64,000 nt of DNA from Octopus sinensis (GCF_006345805.1 NC_042999.1:20274001-20338000), one strand, 5' to 3'. Positions 1 through 13,467 are shown, counted from the stretch's first letter. The notes: a model not told the origin generated them from the letters alone. Translations and numbers: made by a program.

Positions 1-320
1 CCTCGGGCCGACCAAAGCCTTGTGAGTGGATTTAGTAGACGGAAACTGAAAGAAGCCCGTCGTATATATGTATATTTATATATATGCATGTATGTGTGTG
101 TATATGTTTGTGTCCTCGTTTTTCGCGTCATCACCATTTCACAACCGTAGTTGGTGTGTTTACGTCCTAGTAACTTAGCGGTTCGGCAAAAGAGACCGAT
201 AGAATAAGTACTAGGCTTACAAAGAATAAGTCCTGTGGTCGATTTGCTCGACTAAAGGCGGTGCTTCGGCATGGCTACAGTCAAATGACTGAAACAAGTA
301 AAACAGTAAAGAGTAAAGAG
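1..320 (+). mobile_element. tRNA-derived SINE family A, cut by the window edge
   Basis: Matches the body, internal TA/TG microsatellite and tail (GGCGGTGCT..CATGG..CAGTCAAATGACTGAAACAAG) of the full copies at 7434 and 53994. Confidence 0.85.
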
Positions 321-597
321 AGTCGTCATCGTCGTCATCATCATCCCCCTGGTAATCTTCATTATTTAATGCCAATCTTCCAAGCTGTTAGCTGGTTCAA
401 CAGACAGGATTCGACGAGCCAGAGAACTGAGTCCAGTCGTGTCTGCTTTAAACGTGGTTTCTACAACTGGATACTCTTCCTAATGCCAACAACTTCACGA
501 AGTATACTGGATGCTTTTTTTTATGGCACTGGCACTTATGAGTAAGGAAAATAAATTGCACAACAAGAGGCCCCTGGAATGAACGAGGTGTAGTAGG

Positions 598-801
598 GAG
601 GCAGATGACTTTATATCAGGTGTAGAGAGGCTTAAGTATGATAGAAAAAAAACTGTATGAGCTGTCTCGCTGTTAAAGACCAAGATATTTGTTCCCAAGA
701 ACAACAGGAGCAGGTATCTTGGTCCTCAACAGCAACACAGCTGATACTGTTTTTGTATCATACTTTAGCCGCTCAATACCTGATATGATGTCACCTGCCT
801 C
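598..801. repeat. Imperfect inverted repeat, about 95-bp arms
   Basis: GAGGCAGATGAC...GACCAAGATA on the left is mirrored by TATCTTGGTC...GTCACCTGCCTC on the right, with many mismatches. Confidence 0.7.
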
Positions 802-1720
802 AGCATTTACATTATACACATGTCCATTCCAACTTTGCTGCATTATGGCACAACATACGAAACATATCCATTCCTTTCTCAATTTAGTCGCAGTTTATCA
901 CATAAACTAAACATTTTCTATTAAATACAAATAAAATATAACCATCTCATTCCTCATAATCAACACACAACCTGTCATTCATATACAAATGAATGTATAA
1001 TTGTTTGAGATAAATTGTAAATCAGATTATAATTTTCATTATTATTAACGTCATCTTTAGAGATTAAACGTTTTGTTATATTTACTTCACATATGGCATT
1101 TTCATAAATTTGGTTTCCAATCAATGTCACATATTTTATTCTCGGATATAGACATAGTTTCAAACAGGAAGTAGAATCGGAATGTTTATTCATGAACTAA
1201 GAATACTAACGCGTTTATCTATGTACATGATAAAGTGGCCTAACGGATATAAAATTTATTAGCATAATTAGAGCGTGGAAGATGCACCAGCCATTCAAAT
1301 ACATACACAGACTGTTAATTTTACTTAAGAATTTATAATATGGTGTTAAAAATTTCGTCGCACAAACTGCAACCTGGTCACTGACATCAAATGATTAATG
1401 TTAGAATGACGTGAACAGATTTTGTGTATTTTTGAATAGTTAAAATGTCTGCTCCGTTGTAATCGTTAGAGTTCCAACGCACAGTTTCAGATCATATCAC
1501 TTACTTGGCAAGTATATCTCCAAACTATATTAGTCATACTTTAAAAATGAAATGCAATCAAATCTAATTGGAATATACGTACTCATAGAGGAATAACATC
1601 TAATTATGATAGAAGATCAATTAATCAAATAAATGTAAAAGTGTAAATGGTAATTGTATTCTAATGGGTTACTGTACAGAGGAACGGAGAAATAATTTGA
1701 TTCTATTAGTTCTTTTGCCA

Positions 1721-1732
1721 AATAATAATAAC

Positions 1733-1774
<42 letters not shown>
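1721..1774 (+). repeat. (TAA)n microsatellite
   Basis: Seen directly; it precedes an R4 fragment. Confidence 0.95.
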
Positions 1775-2449
1775 CACAATGATAAGTGTGGAATATGCAG
1801 AAAAAACTTGTAAAATCATATGGCATATTATGAGTCAATGTGCGCCACTAGCTCAGAAGGAATATAAGAGACGCCACGGCAATATGGCCAGGCTTGTCCA
1901 TTGGACACTCTGCAACAAGTATGGACTTGACAGAGCAAAAAATTGGTACGACCACAAACCTGAAGGCATTGTCTAAAATAGAAATGCAAAGATCCTTTGG
2001 GATTTTATGATTCAGTGCGACCATGAGATAAAGAATAAGAAGCCGGACATAGTCTTAATAGACAAAGTAAACAAATTATGCTGGATCATAGATATAGCAT
2101 GCCCACCTGACAGCAATTTATGCGATAAGGAAGAAAGAAATGTCGAGAGATATGACAGGTTAGCTTGGAGGTTAAGCAGTTGTGGCCAATGAAAAAGATA
2201 GTGGTAGTACAAATAATTATCGGAGCCCTGGGAACAGTGAGCAAAAATCTCGAGAAGTACGTGGAACAAATAGGGGCTGCACTAAGGGTTGAGCGCTTGC
2301 AGTAAACAGCACTGCTTGGAACCGCTCGAATACTCCGGAAGGGGCTCGAAAAATAAGAGGTGTTGCCTTAGTTCACTGCTAGTGAACATCTGACACCGTA
2401 GTACATCTCCAGAGTTAGAAGCTGTGCAAAGGCAATGATGATGATGATA
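1775..2449 (+). mobile_element. 5'-truncated R4/Dong-like LINE fragment (CCHC region, restriction-like endonuclease, 3' UTR)
   Basis: Broken frames give HIMSQCAPLAQKEYKRRH..LVHW, WDFMIQCD..KPDIVLIDK..IIDIACP and IIGALG..LQ.TALLGTARIL. It ends in GAT/TAA repeats. Confidence 0.9.
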
Positions 2450-2821
2450 ACAGCTTTTGCCAAGTTATCTTTATTACTAACTGCATCTCCAATGATTCGT
2501 ACACCCCTAAATAGAAATGCATATCTATCACTTGAGTTAGGTTTTGTGTTCTAGCTCACAGCTTTTGAGAATTAAGGTCCAACGTGCTGCTACGTTTATG
2601 GTGCAGTTTAGTGCAGCATATGTACTGCTTTGCTCTCGGTTTTTGAGTGAGGTTACAGCAATATTTATAAAATAAATCAGGTAATAATCCAGCTGTGTAA
2701 ACAGTTTTAGTTCTATGAGCAATGATGAGTGAAATTGGTAGTCGTTTTATAGGACACTGACCAGAGAGCAATAATAGCCATATCCCTCTCAGCCCCCCCC
2801 CCACTGCTTTAAAATAGACAA

Positions 2822-3077
2822 TTGATCATCATCATTATTGTTCGACCGTGGTTGAGACAAAGGAATTTACTGTGTTACGCCAGACTTCACGGTCCATCAT
2901 AGCATTACTGATGTCCTGTTGCTGGATGCCTGTATCCCTGGAGATTACATCTGGGTAGGAGAGTGTGCGCCCTCTGGTATCGCGAGCAGATGGCTTCCAG
3001 AGGAGAAGAGTAGAAATTACCTCATTTCCAGCTCTACAACAATGTTCAGCAAACTGGACTCTTCTACTTTTCACAAG
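2822..3077 (-). mobile_element. RTE-type LINE 3' fragment
   Basis: ORF 2835-3074 reads RRVQFAEHC..LLLWKP..GRTLSYPDVI.RDTG...AMMDREVWR, typical of RTE/RTE-X ORF C-termini, followed by a TGA-type tail. Confidence 0.75.
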
Positions 3078-3355
3078 AGATGATACAGGTGGTAGTTTCC
3101 CATATATTTGTACTTTGGTTGGATGACGCTCATAAGGAGGCGAGTGTAAGTTCCATCCAACCGCCTCAATTGATAGACGGTCATTGGTACAGAGATAGTA
3201 GTGTGGTTAAGAAACTCACTTTGCAACCACATGTTTTCGGGTTCAGTCCCCAGTCAACGAAAACATTGCGAGTGAATTTAGTAGAGAAAAAATTGTGCGA
3301 ACGCCTATAGAAGCTTTGTGTTTGTTAACCTCTATTTTCACCTTTTAACAACTGG

Positions 3356-3695
3356 TTTGAGTTTGTGTATGTTCCTGTAACTTAGCACTTTGGCAAAAAG
3401 ACCGATAGAATGAGTACTAGGCTTTAAAAAGTCGATAACTACTGATGTTAATTTGTTTTACTAAAACATTTGAGTTTGTATATGTTCTTTTAACTTAGCA
3501 CTTTGGCAAAAAGACCGATAGAATGAGTACTAGGCTTTAAAAAGTCGATAACTACTGATGTTAATTTGTTTTACTAAAACATTTGAGTTTGTATATGTTC
3601 TTGTAACTTAGCACTTTGGCAAAAAGACCGATAGAATGAGTACTAGGCTTTAAAAAGTCGATAACTACTGATGTTAATTTGTTTTACTAAAACAT
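3356..3695 (+). repeat. 3 x 113-bp tandem repeat derived from a SINE A internal segment
   Basis: Units start at 3356, 3469 and 3582 and contain GTAACTTAGC..GGCAAAAAGACCGATAGAAT.AGTACTAGGCTT, shared with SINE A. Confidence 0.85.
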
Positions 3696-3786
3696 GCCCA
3701 AGCATGATCAGAAGTCAATAATTGAAACAAGTTTTGAAAAATAAAAGATCAAGGATAGGGTAACGTATGGCTGGATAAAGCCTCTT

Positions 3787-4156
3787 ACTCTCTTTTACTT
3801 GTTTCAATCATTTAACTGCGGCCATGCTGGAGCACCACATTTAGTCGAGCACATCGACCCCCAGGACTTATTCCTTTTACCGAACTGCTAAGTTACGAGG
3901 ACGTAAACACATCAGCATCGGTTGTCAAGCGATGTTGGAGGGGACAAACACAAACACATATACACATACATATACATATATATACATATATACGACGGGC
4001 TTCTTTCAGTTTCCGTCTACCAAATCCACTTACAAGGCTTTGGTCGGCCCGAAGCTATAGTAGAAGGCTCTTGCCCAAGGTGCCACGTAGTGGGACTGAA
4101 CCCGGAACCATGTGGCTCGTAAGCAAGCAACTTACCACACAGCCACTCCTACGCCT
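3787..4156 (-). mobile_element. SINE family A
   Basis: Reverse complement of head GGCGTAGGAGTGGCTGTGTGGTAAG...GGTTCAGTCCC, CORE-like CCTTGGGCAAG segment and tail. Confidence 0.9.
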
Positions 4157-5386
4157 CTGATAAAAAAAGCATGGTAGCCGTTGTTAGACATTAACATAAA
4201 AGCTTCCATGAAAAAGCTAGCGCAAAATTTTGCAGTAATTTTATCATAGAATATTGGAAAATAGTAACAGAATATTTCAGTAATGACAAGCTGGAATTTT
4301 GTATCAATATTAATTAAGCAATTTCGGGATTACTAATTTATCTGTTTATATTAAAGCTAAAACAAACTCTTGCAGAAATACCGATGTTGAAATTTTGCAA
4401 AAGTGTTAATATAAAATTTTGCATCGATGTTAATATAGAATTTTGCATCAAGGCTCATGTAGAGTTTTCAAAAATACTAGTGCATAATTTTGCAGAAATG
4501 ACAATGTAGCCGATTGCAAAAATGCTAAAGCAAACTTAAAGAAAACTGTCACATTTTTCAGAAATGTTAGCATTTGATGGAAAAAAAATCGCATGATTCT
4601 GAGTTTGCAGACAATGCTAACCTGGTGTTTTGAAGAAATGCTATCATAAAATTGTGCAGCAGAAACAATATAGAATTTTTGGAGATGTTGCTTTTGAATA
4701 TTGCAGTAATATCAAAGTGGAATTTGGCAGAAGTGTCAATGTAGAATTTTGCAGAAAAAACTGATGTAAATACTAGTGTAAATAATAACATACATGTTTA
4801 CCGAAATTTTAATGAAGACATTTTCTGTTAGAATTTTTTTGAATGGAGGCAGCAATGCTCACGACACATTGTATGACCTGAATAAGTTGATGGGAGAGAG
4901 ATATTCGATTTTCTTGCAGTTTCCCTTATCCGCTCTTCTGGGTTGTTACTTTTTATCGACCCCAAATAAATGAAAGGCAAGTTTACCCTTGGCTGCATTG
5001 GAACCGAATGAGAATAAAGTCGGAACAAATAGGATGAGGCAATTTATCCATCGCTTTTATGACTCTGCCAATTTGCCGAAAATCTACATAAAATCCAATA
5101 CAGAATATTGTGGTAATGATAAAGCAGAATTTTACCGAAATTCCTTGGGAAAGATTTGAGAAAATGATGCGTTTTGTTGGAATGAAGTGTAAAACCTTAC
5201 TTAGATTCTAATGTTGATATTTACATAAACAATAATCTAGTATTTCGCAAGTCTCATTGCTAAAACAGATTCTTGCAAGCATGCCAATGTAAAAATGCTG
5301 CGGCTGACCTTGCAGAAACGCGAGAGACTGAGGAAATGCTAATGTAGAAATGTGCAATTATACTAATGTCAAATCTTACCAATATA

Positions 5387-5952
5387 TTCGGTTGTCCGGA
5401 AAGTTCGTGCCGATTTATAGTAGCTTACCTTTCGACTTATTTTAGAACATGGTTGAGTCCATAAAATAGGATTTGGCTACACCTCCATTTAGAGCACAGT
5501 TTAAGCTATATTTTCGTGGAAGAAGGTTTATGTTCCTATAACCTGTGTTCATTCTGTAATCCTTTAAAATGGAAGATAAGAAAGTTCATTTTCGGCATTT
5601 GATGCTTTGGGAACCAGACAAAAATTGTTGCTGCTCAGCTGGGATGTGTTACCCCTCCCTCCATATTCACCAGATATTGCTCCTTCGGATTTCCACTTAT
5701 TCAGGTCTCTGCAGAATAGTCTTAATGGAAAAAATTTCAATTCCTTGGATGACGTAAAAAGATACCTTGATGAATTCTTTGCCATGAAACCACCTCAATT
5801 CTGGGAAGAGGGTAAATTCAAGTTAAAGGAAAGATGGAGATGCATTGTACAACAAAATGGTTCATATTTGGCTGATTAAAAATGTAATGGCAAGTATCTA
5901 ATGACCTTTTTCATTCCTTTAAAAATCAGCACGAACTTTCCGGACAACTCAA
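5387..5952 (+). mobile_element. Internally deleted mariner, copy 1
   Basis: TIRs TTCGGTTGTCCGGAAAGTTCGTGCCGATTT / AAATCAGCACGAACTTTCCGGACAACTCAA with TA on both sides. MEDKKVHFRHLMLWE is fused out of frame to the PYSPDIAPSDFHLFRSL C-terminus. Confidence 0.95.
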
Positions 5953-7433
5953 TACTAATCTTCATATTTGCAGTAGCGTTTTGCAGTAATGTGAATGCAT
6001 GTGTATGGAGCGATGTTGGATTAACGTTTACAAAAATGCAAAGAGATGGCGATGTGTACTTTTTCCATTAATGCCAAGACGTTCAAGAAAAAATATCAAT
6101 GTAGAATTTTTCAACAATTATAGCGTTAAATTTACAGGAATGTAAATTTGAGTTTGTAAAACACGCATTCCCTAGATTTGCAGAAACGTCAATGTAGATT
6201 TGAACAACAATGTTAATGTAAAGTTTTTCAGAAATACATATGTTGGCATTTCCAGTAGTAATATTGTGGAATTTTGAAGAAATCGTAAAGGTGTCTTGCA
6301 AACAACATGCAAATGCAAGTACTACCAATCAAAAACTTCGCATACCGGAAGCCAGCAAGTGTATGGGGTCACCAGGAGTGATTGCGCGCGCCGTTTAGAA
6401 GCCTACCTTTCGATGGCATGACTGTGCACCGGCCCCCTCATTGATATGAGACCCTGCTTGCTAGATTAACTGGTTATTAAATAAAGCTCACTATTTCTCT
6501 AGCTATTGCTCATCGTCTCTTTTTAACCAAATCCAGTGGCTAGCCTTCTCCACTGTAGTTTGGATATCGGTCATGGTGGTATTGACTTTACGATGAGTTA
6601 GGCCACACGATAACAACAGTCGTCTCACACATTGGTAATGTAGATATTTACGGAAATGCTAATGTCGAATTCTTGAAAAGGTACTAGCTTTATTTTCAGA
6701 ATTGCTAGTATTTTCAGAATTCCTGATATACATAAATTCTTATGAAAAATGTTTCAGCGATGCTAAGATAACAAGAGTGCTTATATTAATAATTTATAAA
6801 ATTACTAATATGGAATTTGCTGCAAAGCTAAAGTAGAAATTTGCATTATAGCCATGCTACTCATGTATGTTTTTACCAATGTTATTCTGAAATTTTCCCC
6901 AAATACTAATATAGAATTTTGCAGCAGTGTGGAAGTAGAAATTTACAGAATTGTTGATGCCTGATTTTTCAGAAATGCTAATGTAGATGTTTGCATTACT
7001 AATACATAAAAGACATTTGCACATAAGCTATTGCGAAAATTTGCAGAAACAGTAATGTGGAAATTAGTAGAAATGTCCATTTCGAATATTTCGGGGTGAA
7101 CTAATGCAGTGTTTTATAACATTATTGATTTAGGATATGTAGGTATTTATTGACACAGAAATAACTGTGTGATTAAGAAGATCTCTTTCCAGCCATGTAG
7201 GCTTTAGTCCCGCGGAACAGTACTTTAGATAAGTGTCTTCTGCTATAACCTCGGGTCGATCAATACTGTGTGAACAAATTTGGCAGATGGAGACTATGTG
7301 GAAGACCAGTGTGTTTATATATATATATGAGCATGTATGTATGCATGTAATATAAGTATGCATGAGCACATACACCTTTGTGTTTGCCTTTCTAATGCTT
7401 GACAACCAGTGTTGCTTTGTTTACTTCCACATA

Positions 7434-7841
7434 GGCGTAGCAGTGGCTGTGTGGTAAGTAACTTGCTTACTAACCACATGGTTCCGGGTTCAGTCCCACT
7501 GCGTGGCACGTTGGACAAGTATCTTCTACTATAGCCTTGGGCCGACCGAAGCCTTGTGAGTGGATTTAGTAGACGGAAACTGAAAGAAGCCCGTCGTATA
7601 TATGTATATGTGTATATACATGTATGTGTGTTTGTGTGTCTGTGTTTGTTTCCCCAACATCGCTTGACAACCGATGCTGGTGTGTTTACGTCCCCGTAAC
7701 TTAGCGGCTCGGCAAAAAGACCGATAGAATAAGTACTTGGCTTACAAAGAATAAGTCTTGGGGTTGATTTGCTCGACTAAAGGCGGTGCTCCAGCTTGGT
7801 CGCAATCAAATGACTGAAACAAGTAAAAGAATAAAGAGTAT
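7434..7841 (+). mobile_element. SINE family A, full length, inserted after an older diverged copy (about 7150-7430)
   Basis: tRNA-like head with A/B-box-like motifs, internal (TA)/(TG) tract and conserved tail. Confidence 0.9.
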
Positions 7842-9112
7842 AGCTTAAAGGTTTCACAAAAGAGATTAATAAAATAAATATTAGACCTAAAAAATAATAA
7901 CTGAAGTCAATTTGTGTAACTAAATCCTTGAATGGCTGAAGCAAATAAAGGATATATGAGAAGAGTTTTATAGACACTACAAGGCAGTGTCTTTCAGAAA
8001 TGTTGCTAATAGAATTTGGCCTCATAACTAATGCAGAGTTTTGCAGCAATGTTAACATAGATTTTTGTGGCAATGCTGCTACATATGCCAGCTGAAATAT
8101 AAATAAGGTAGTTTTGCAACAATGCAAGCATAAAGGTTTGCATAAATTTCAATGTAGATGCTTGCAGATATGCTATTGTAGAATTTTTCACAATGGCCAT
8201 GTAGAATATTGCTGTGAATTAATGTATTTCTTCGCTTTTTTTTGGTCATGAAAATATGCTAATATTCATGTTTTATAGCTATGATTAATATGCTCTTTTG
8301 CCGCAGTTATTGTGTTAATTTTTTTCTGACAATCTGAAGGGTAAAGTCGCAACTATAGTAATGTAATTTATGAGAGAATAAAGCTTTATAGTAATCACTA
8401 ATATCAACTTCCATATAAATGCTAATTTAGATTTTGACAGATACATTTATTTAGAGCATTATACCAATCTCAGTATAGTCTTTACAACGCAAAAAGCTAA
8501 GGAATGCATATATAGGTTAAATATTATCATATTCTTCTCAATTTTTGTATAAAACCTTATCAGAATCGTATATTAACAAATATTCCAACGGGCATGCCAT
8601 TACATTATAGATTAACTTGTTAGCAATAGAAAGAGCAGCTAAACAACTATAAAATAATAGTTTAAAAGTAGAGAAGCTCACATCGAAATTATAATTTGTG
8701 ACCTATGATTTGATGGAAAATTAATGATTGAATTGCCTTTGATCGTCAGTTTCCTCCAGAGAGATGAACTATTGCTAAATAAAAATTACTAAAATAGCGA
8801 TAAGAAGAAATAGGAAATAGAATTCTGTTTTTAAATCAGTGTATTGGAATTCAGCTATATGTAAAAAACAAAATAAAAAATATTATTCAGTTAAGATGGT
8901 GGATACAATTTACATGCAATAATTCTCTAATTATGGTATTTAAATATAGTTTTATCCCTACAAACCACGACTATAGCATAAGGCGAGTTTGCAAAAAGTA
9001 CAATCGAAGTATCTTGCTGGTAATATGGAACAAAATGAAACTGGAAAGCTAGTCTTCAACAATTATTTGGGGGACGTGTTGATGTTGTTGCCGTCCCTGA
9101 TCTTGTTTGTCT

Positions 9113-9586
9113 TCTTCTTCTCTTCTTCTTCTTCTTCTTTTCTTCTTCTTCTTCTTCTTCTTCTTCTTCTTCTTCTTCTTCTTCTTCTTCTTCTTCTTCT
9201 CCCCTTCTTCTTCTTCTCCTCCTTTCTTTCTTCTTCTCCTCCTCTTTTTCTTCTTCTCCTTCTTCTTCTTCTTCTCCCATTCTTCTTCTTCCTCCGCCAC
9301 TTCTTTTTCTTCTTCCCTTCCCCTTCTTCTTATTCTTCTCCTCCTCCCCTTCTCCTTCTTCTTCCCCTCCCCTTCTTCTTCTTCTTCTACTTCTTCTTCT
9401 TCTCCCCTTCTTCTTCCCCCGCCATTTCTTTTTCTTCTTCTTCTCTTCCTCTTCTTCTTCTTATTCTCCTCCTCCTCCCCTTCTCCTTCTTCTTCCTTCT
9501 CCCCTTCTTCCTCTTCTTCTTCTTCTTCCTCTCTTCCCCTTCTTCTTATTCTTCTCCTCTTCCTCCCTTCTTCTTCTTCTCCTTCT
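9113..9586 (+). repeat. (CTT/CCT)n polypyrimidine tract
   Basis: Seen directly; it explains the poly-L/F/S and poly-E/K ORFs here. Confidence 0.95.
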
Positions 9587-10027
9587 ACATTTCAACATGG
9601 CCGTGGTCTCTCAGATGGTATTTTCTGCTACGTATGCAACAGGTCAAACTTCGTCATCATTCTGTCTGTGTAAACCTGGGATCTTTGTTACGGAATCCAG
9701 AAACAATTAATGAACTTTCTTGTGCCTGTCGACACCACCTGACAATATGTCGTTATATTTTAATTGGCCCTCACCTTCTAACTGGCATTGTATCGCAAAT
9801 GTGACCACAAAGTTTCAACGCTTCAACTAACATCTTTTGCTACTACTCTCATATTACCGCATTCAATAATATTGTAGCAACCGCTTATGAGCAACTCACC
9901 ATTTCAACATCCTTTCGTGACTTATTGTAGTTTTCAAAGACTTGATACGCTCTTCCATCTCCTCATCCAGCCGTTCAAGAATTTGGACCTGGAGATCTCC
10001 ATTTCCAGCGACTTCGAGAGCCACCTC

Positions 10028-10253
10028 CCAGTGGTGTCGGGCGTCAACGAAGAGCCCTCGACTACAACATGACGACCAAAATTTTTTTTTCCCAAGGTCT
10101 GGGGTTTCCCGCTCCTAAGCCTTAGGCCATCACCTAATCACCAGTGGTGCCGGGCATCACGAAGAGCCCTCGACTACAACAAGACGACCAATGTATTTTT
10201 TCCCAAGGTCTGGGGTCTCCCGCCCCTAAGCCCTAGACCATCACCTAATCACC
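10028..10253 (+). repeat. 2 x 113-bp GC-richer tandem duplication
   Basis: CCAGTGGTG..ACGAAGAGCCCTCGACTACAAC..CCCAAGGTCTGGGG..CATCACCTAATCAC at 10028 and 10141. Confidence 0.85.
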
Positions 10254-10369
10254 CTTACCCGTCTTGTTGCTTAACAACAACAACAATCTCCTCGTCCAAT
10301 CTTGTCTATATAGAATACAACGTTCAATGCATAATCTAATGCTTCCCGTAATTGTTCATACGAGAATAT

Positions 10370-10602
10370 ATCTATTTCTTTACTACCCACAAGGGGCTAA
10401 ACCCAGAGAGGACAAACAAGGACAGACAAACGGATTGAGTCGATTACATCGACCCCAGTGCGTAACTTGTACTTAATTTAGCGACCCCAAAAGGATGAAA
10501 GGCAAAGTCGACCTCGGCGGAATTTGAACTCAGAACGTAACGGCAGACGAAATACGGCTACGCATTTCGTCCGGCGTGCTAACGTTTCTGCCAGCTCGTC
10601 GC
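10370..10602 (-). mobile_element. SINE family B
   Basis: Head GGCGA(C)GAGCTGGCAGAAACGTTAGCACGCCGG, B-box-like GAGTTCAAATTCC, body GTCGACTTTGCCTTTCATCC; many copies in the window. Confidence 0.9.
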
Positions 10603-11351
10603 CTTGTCATATGAGAATATATCGATGCTCCCTTGCTATTAGCAAAAGAGACTGGTCAACTGGTCATCTTCCTCACGCAAGGAAGGAAATGCTTTTGTGG
10701 CGGTGCTCCAGCATGGCCACAGCTCGTGAGCTGAAACTAGAATCAATCAACATACAAACTCCATCTCCCTTTTTTACTTGATCAATGCCTATATCCTATC
10801 ATAGTTTGCTTTACAAACAACCGAACTTCTGTAATAAACTTTTGCGTATTTCGGAATAAGCTTGTTTTTGTTGTTATTCTTCTTGGTAGAGGTACTTTTT
10901 GTTTAGTCGTGAAACTTTATATTTTTGGGTGTTAAAATATGGCTGTCATTGTTTGCATTGTCATTTTATTCTGTTTATCATTTTAATTTTTTTTTTTTTA
11001 AATCTGTTTTTTTGCTTAAATTTTCTTTTCATGTATTCGAAAAATAATATCATAATTTTCCTCTGAAAGGGTGTATCTAGTGCTACTTCATTCATAGTTA
11101 ATACCTCTTATTGCCTCTCTAACAGAGGAAGCGATATTGTAGAGATTGTAAACATAAAAAAAAAATTTTTTTCAGAGAAAAATAATGGTTAAAAAGTAGA
11201 CCTATTTCCTCAACCAGGTATGAGATAGAACCTGAAACGCTTAAAATTTTTGTTTACAAAATAATCCAAACTAGAAATATTTTTTATTCAGTAAGCCATG
11301 GTAATAATACAATTTTCTGGGAGCTATCTTGAGAGAAACATGCACAGGATT

Positions 11352-11357
<6 letters not shown>

Positions 11358-11399
<42 letters not shown>

Positions 11400-11417
11400 G
11401 TAATAATAATAAAAAGA

Positions 11418-11449
<32 letters not shown>

Positions 11450-11645
11450 TACAATAATAATAATAATAATAATAATTACAATAATAATAATAATAAAAAG
11501 ATTGATAATACTAATATTAATAATAATGCTAATAATAATAATAATTACAATAATAATAAAAAGAATGACAATACTAATATTAATAATGATGATAAAAAGA
11601 AGAATGATAATACTAATACTAATAATAATAATAGTAATAATAATA

Positions 11646-11699
<54 letters not shown>

Positions 11700-11993
11700 A
11701 TAATAATAATAATGTAATAATTGGTGCATTGGGAGCTGTGAGCAAAGATAGAGACGAATGGTTGGTGGAGAATGGAGTAGAATGCCCTGTAGAGCTTCTG
11801 CAGAATGTTTGCCTGTTAGGGACAGGAAAGATATCAGGAGGGCTTTGAGCACTTGAAGGGCTATTGAATGCTTGTGGATACCAAAAGTTACATGTAGTAA
11901 TCCGCTACCTACATAAATGATACAAGGGATGAGAATGAACTTGAGTAAAATCAATAATAATAATAATAATAATAATGATGTTAATAATAATAA

Positions 11994-12041
<48 letters not shown>

Positions 12042-12182
12042 TAATAATAATAATAATTATAAAAATTATTATTATAATAATAATAATAAAAAAATGATAA
12101 TAGTAATAATAAAAGTAATAATGATAATAATAATAATAATGAATATAATAATAAAAATTAATAATAATAATAATAATAATAA

Positions 12183-12213
<31 letters not shown>

Positions 12214-12306
12214 TATTATTATGTAATGTCTTATCCTTCACTCGCTAGGTTTTTCACGGCAAGTGATTGTAACAAAAATGCAGATTAAAAGTAAATAATA
12301 ATAATA

Positions 12307-12349
<43 letters not shown>

Positions 12350-12360
12350 TAATATTAATG
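11358..12360 (+). repeat. Compound (TAA)n/(TTA)n microsatellite field
   Basis: Seen directly; it hosts an R4 fragment. Confidence 0.9.
11714..11952 (+). mobile_element. R4/Dong-like 3'-end fragment between (TAA)n tracts
   Basis: VIIGALGAVSKD...VECPVELLQ..CLLGT, then a stop and 3' UTR, then TAA. Confidence 0.8.
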
Positions 12361-13066
12361 ACCGAGAGCTTAATGAGTTATGTAGAGCATGAGAGTCTAA
12401 TGAGATACCTAGCCCAAAGTAAGGAAACCTTGTTAGAGACAGTTAGGAACAAGGACTATTGAGAGCAGAGAAAAATGAAGACAAAGGAAGGAAGTACAAA
12501 AAGGGCAGGAAGAAGAATTACGCTAGAAGGGATTACTCAATCAATTCTATGTAGACACAACAGATATTACTGGAAAAAATAACTGGGATTGGCTGATGAA
12601 AGAAACCCTATAAAAGAGACTGAGTGTATTTTATTGGCAACGCAAGACTTTGGCAATGAACTGGAGGGTCAAGCTTAGAAATGAGCAAATGTCTCCGATT
12701 TGCCGCATCTGTAATAGAGTGGATGAAACCATTGCCCATGTCACGAACGAATGCCTTAGGCTTGCTCAAAACCACTACAAGTTGTGACAATACGATCAGA
12801 TAACAAAAGTGCTACACTGAAAACTGTGCAAAAGCGGGGAACTAGAGAGAGACAAGGTGTAGTATGAGCACAAACCACAGAGAGTATCGGAGTGGTGGAG
12901 TCGGAGACTAGCAAAAATCCTCTGGCATTTCCTGAACCAAATAGATCAGGTGCTAGAGCATAACAGACCGGACCTAGTGGTGGTGGACAAGCTGAACCAC
13001 AAATGCTGTATAGTTGATGATGCATGCCCCTTTGACAACACGAATAGTCAAGAAGGAAGGCGTAAC

Positions 13067-13118
<52 letters not shown>

Positions 13119-13430
13119 CAATCCTCTTAAGTACGAAATAACCCGGCTATGGAAAATGAGGAAGGTGAAGATAGTGCCAAATATTGTTGGGTCCTTGGGA
13201 ACAGTATCAGAAGATATCAAGGGGAATATAAAGGAAATTGGAATAGAATGCCCAGTGGAACTGTTACAAAAGGTTTGCCTCCTTGGCATGGCCAGAATAA
13301 TCAGGTAAGTATTAGATAGATGAAAAGAACGGACAGCATGGTACCGTAGGCTGCAGGTACCAAGCTCGCTACGCAAGCAAGGCTCCAGGAGCTCAAAACA
13401 AAACCTGTTATAAAGAAAAAAAAAAAATAA
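12360..13430 (+). mobile_element. R4/Dong-like fragment with a (GATA)n expansion at 13067-13118
   Basis: Broken frames give ICRIC..DETIAHV..EC, ILWHF..DQ.LEHNRPDLVVVDK..CCIVDDACPFD and IVGSLG..ELLQKVCLLG. Confidence 0.85.
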
Positions 13431-13467
13431 TAGTCAAGATGAAGAGCGCGATTCGATTGCAAGATAT

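Larger units (their letters stand above)
4200..8220. repeat. Highly degenerate minisatellite of about 24 bp (consensus near GCTAATGTAGAATTTTGCAGAAAT), interrupted by a mariner and SINEs
   Basis: AAT(G/A)TAGAATTTTGCAG recurs with 23-24 nt spacing, for example at 4405-4500. Confidence 0.65.

Noticed and set aside
3356-3695. CRISPR-like array from regularly spaced repeats
   Set aside because: The units are contiguous with no unique spacers, the context is eukaryotic, and there are no cas genes.
6330-6640. Solo LTR with a primer-binding site
   Set aside because: Only AATAAA and a weak CA..TGG were seen; no second copy, TSD or clear TG start.
8989-9804. 271-aa hydrophobic ORF and other poly-I/Y/L/N ORFs across the window
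   Set aside because: These are translations of CTT, TAA, TA and TATC repeats.
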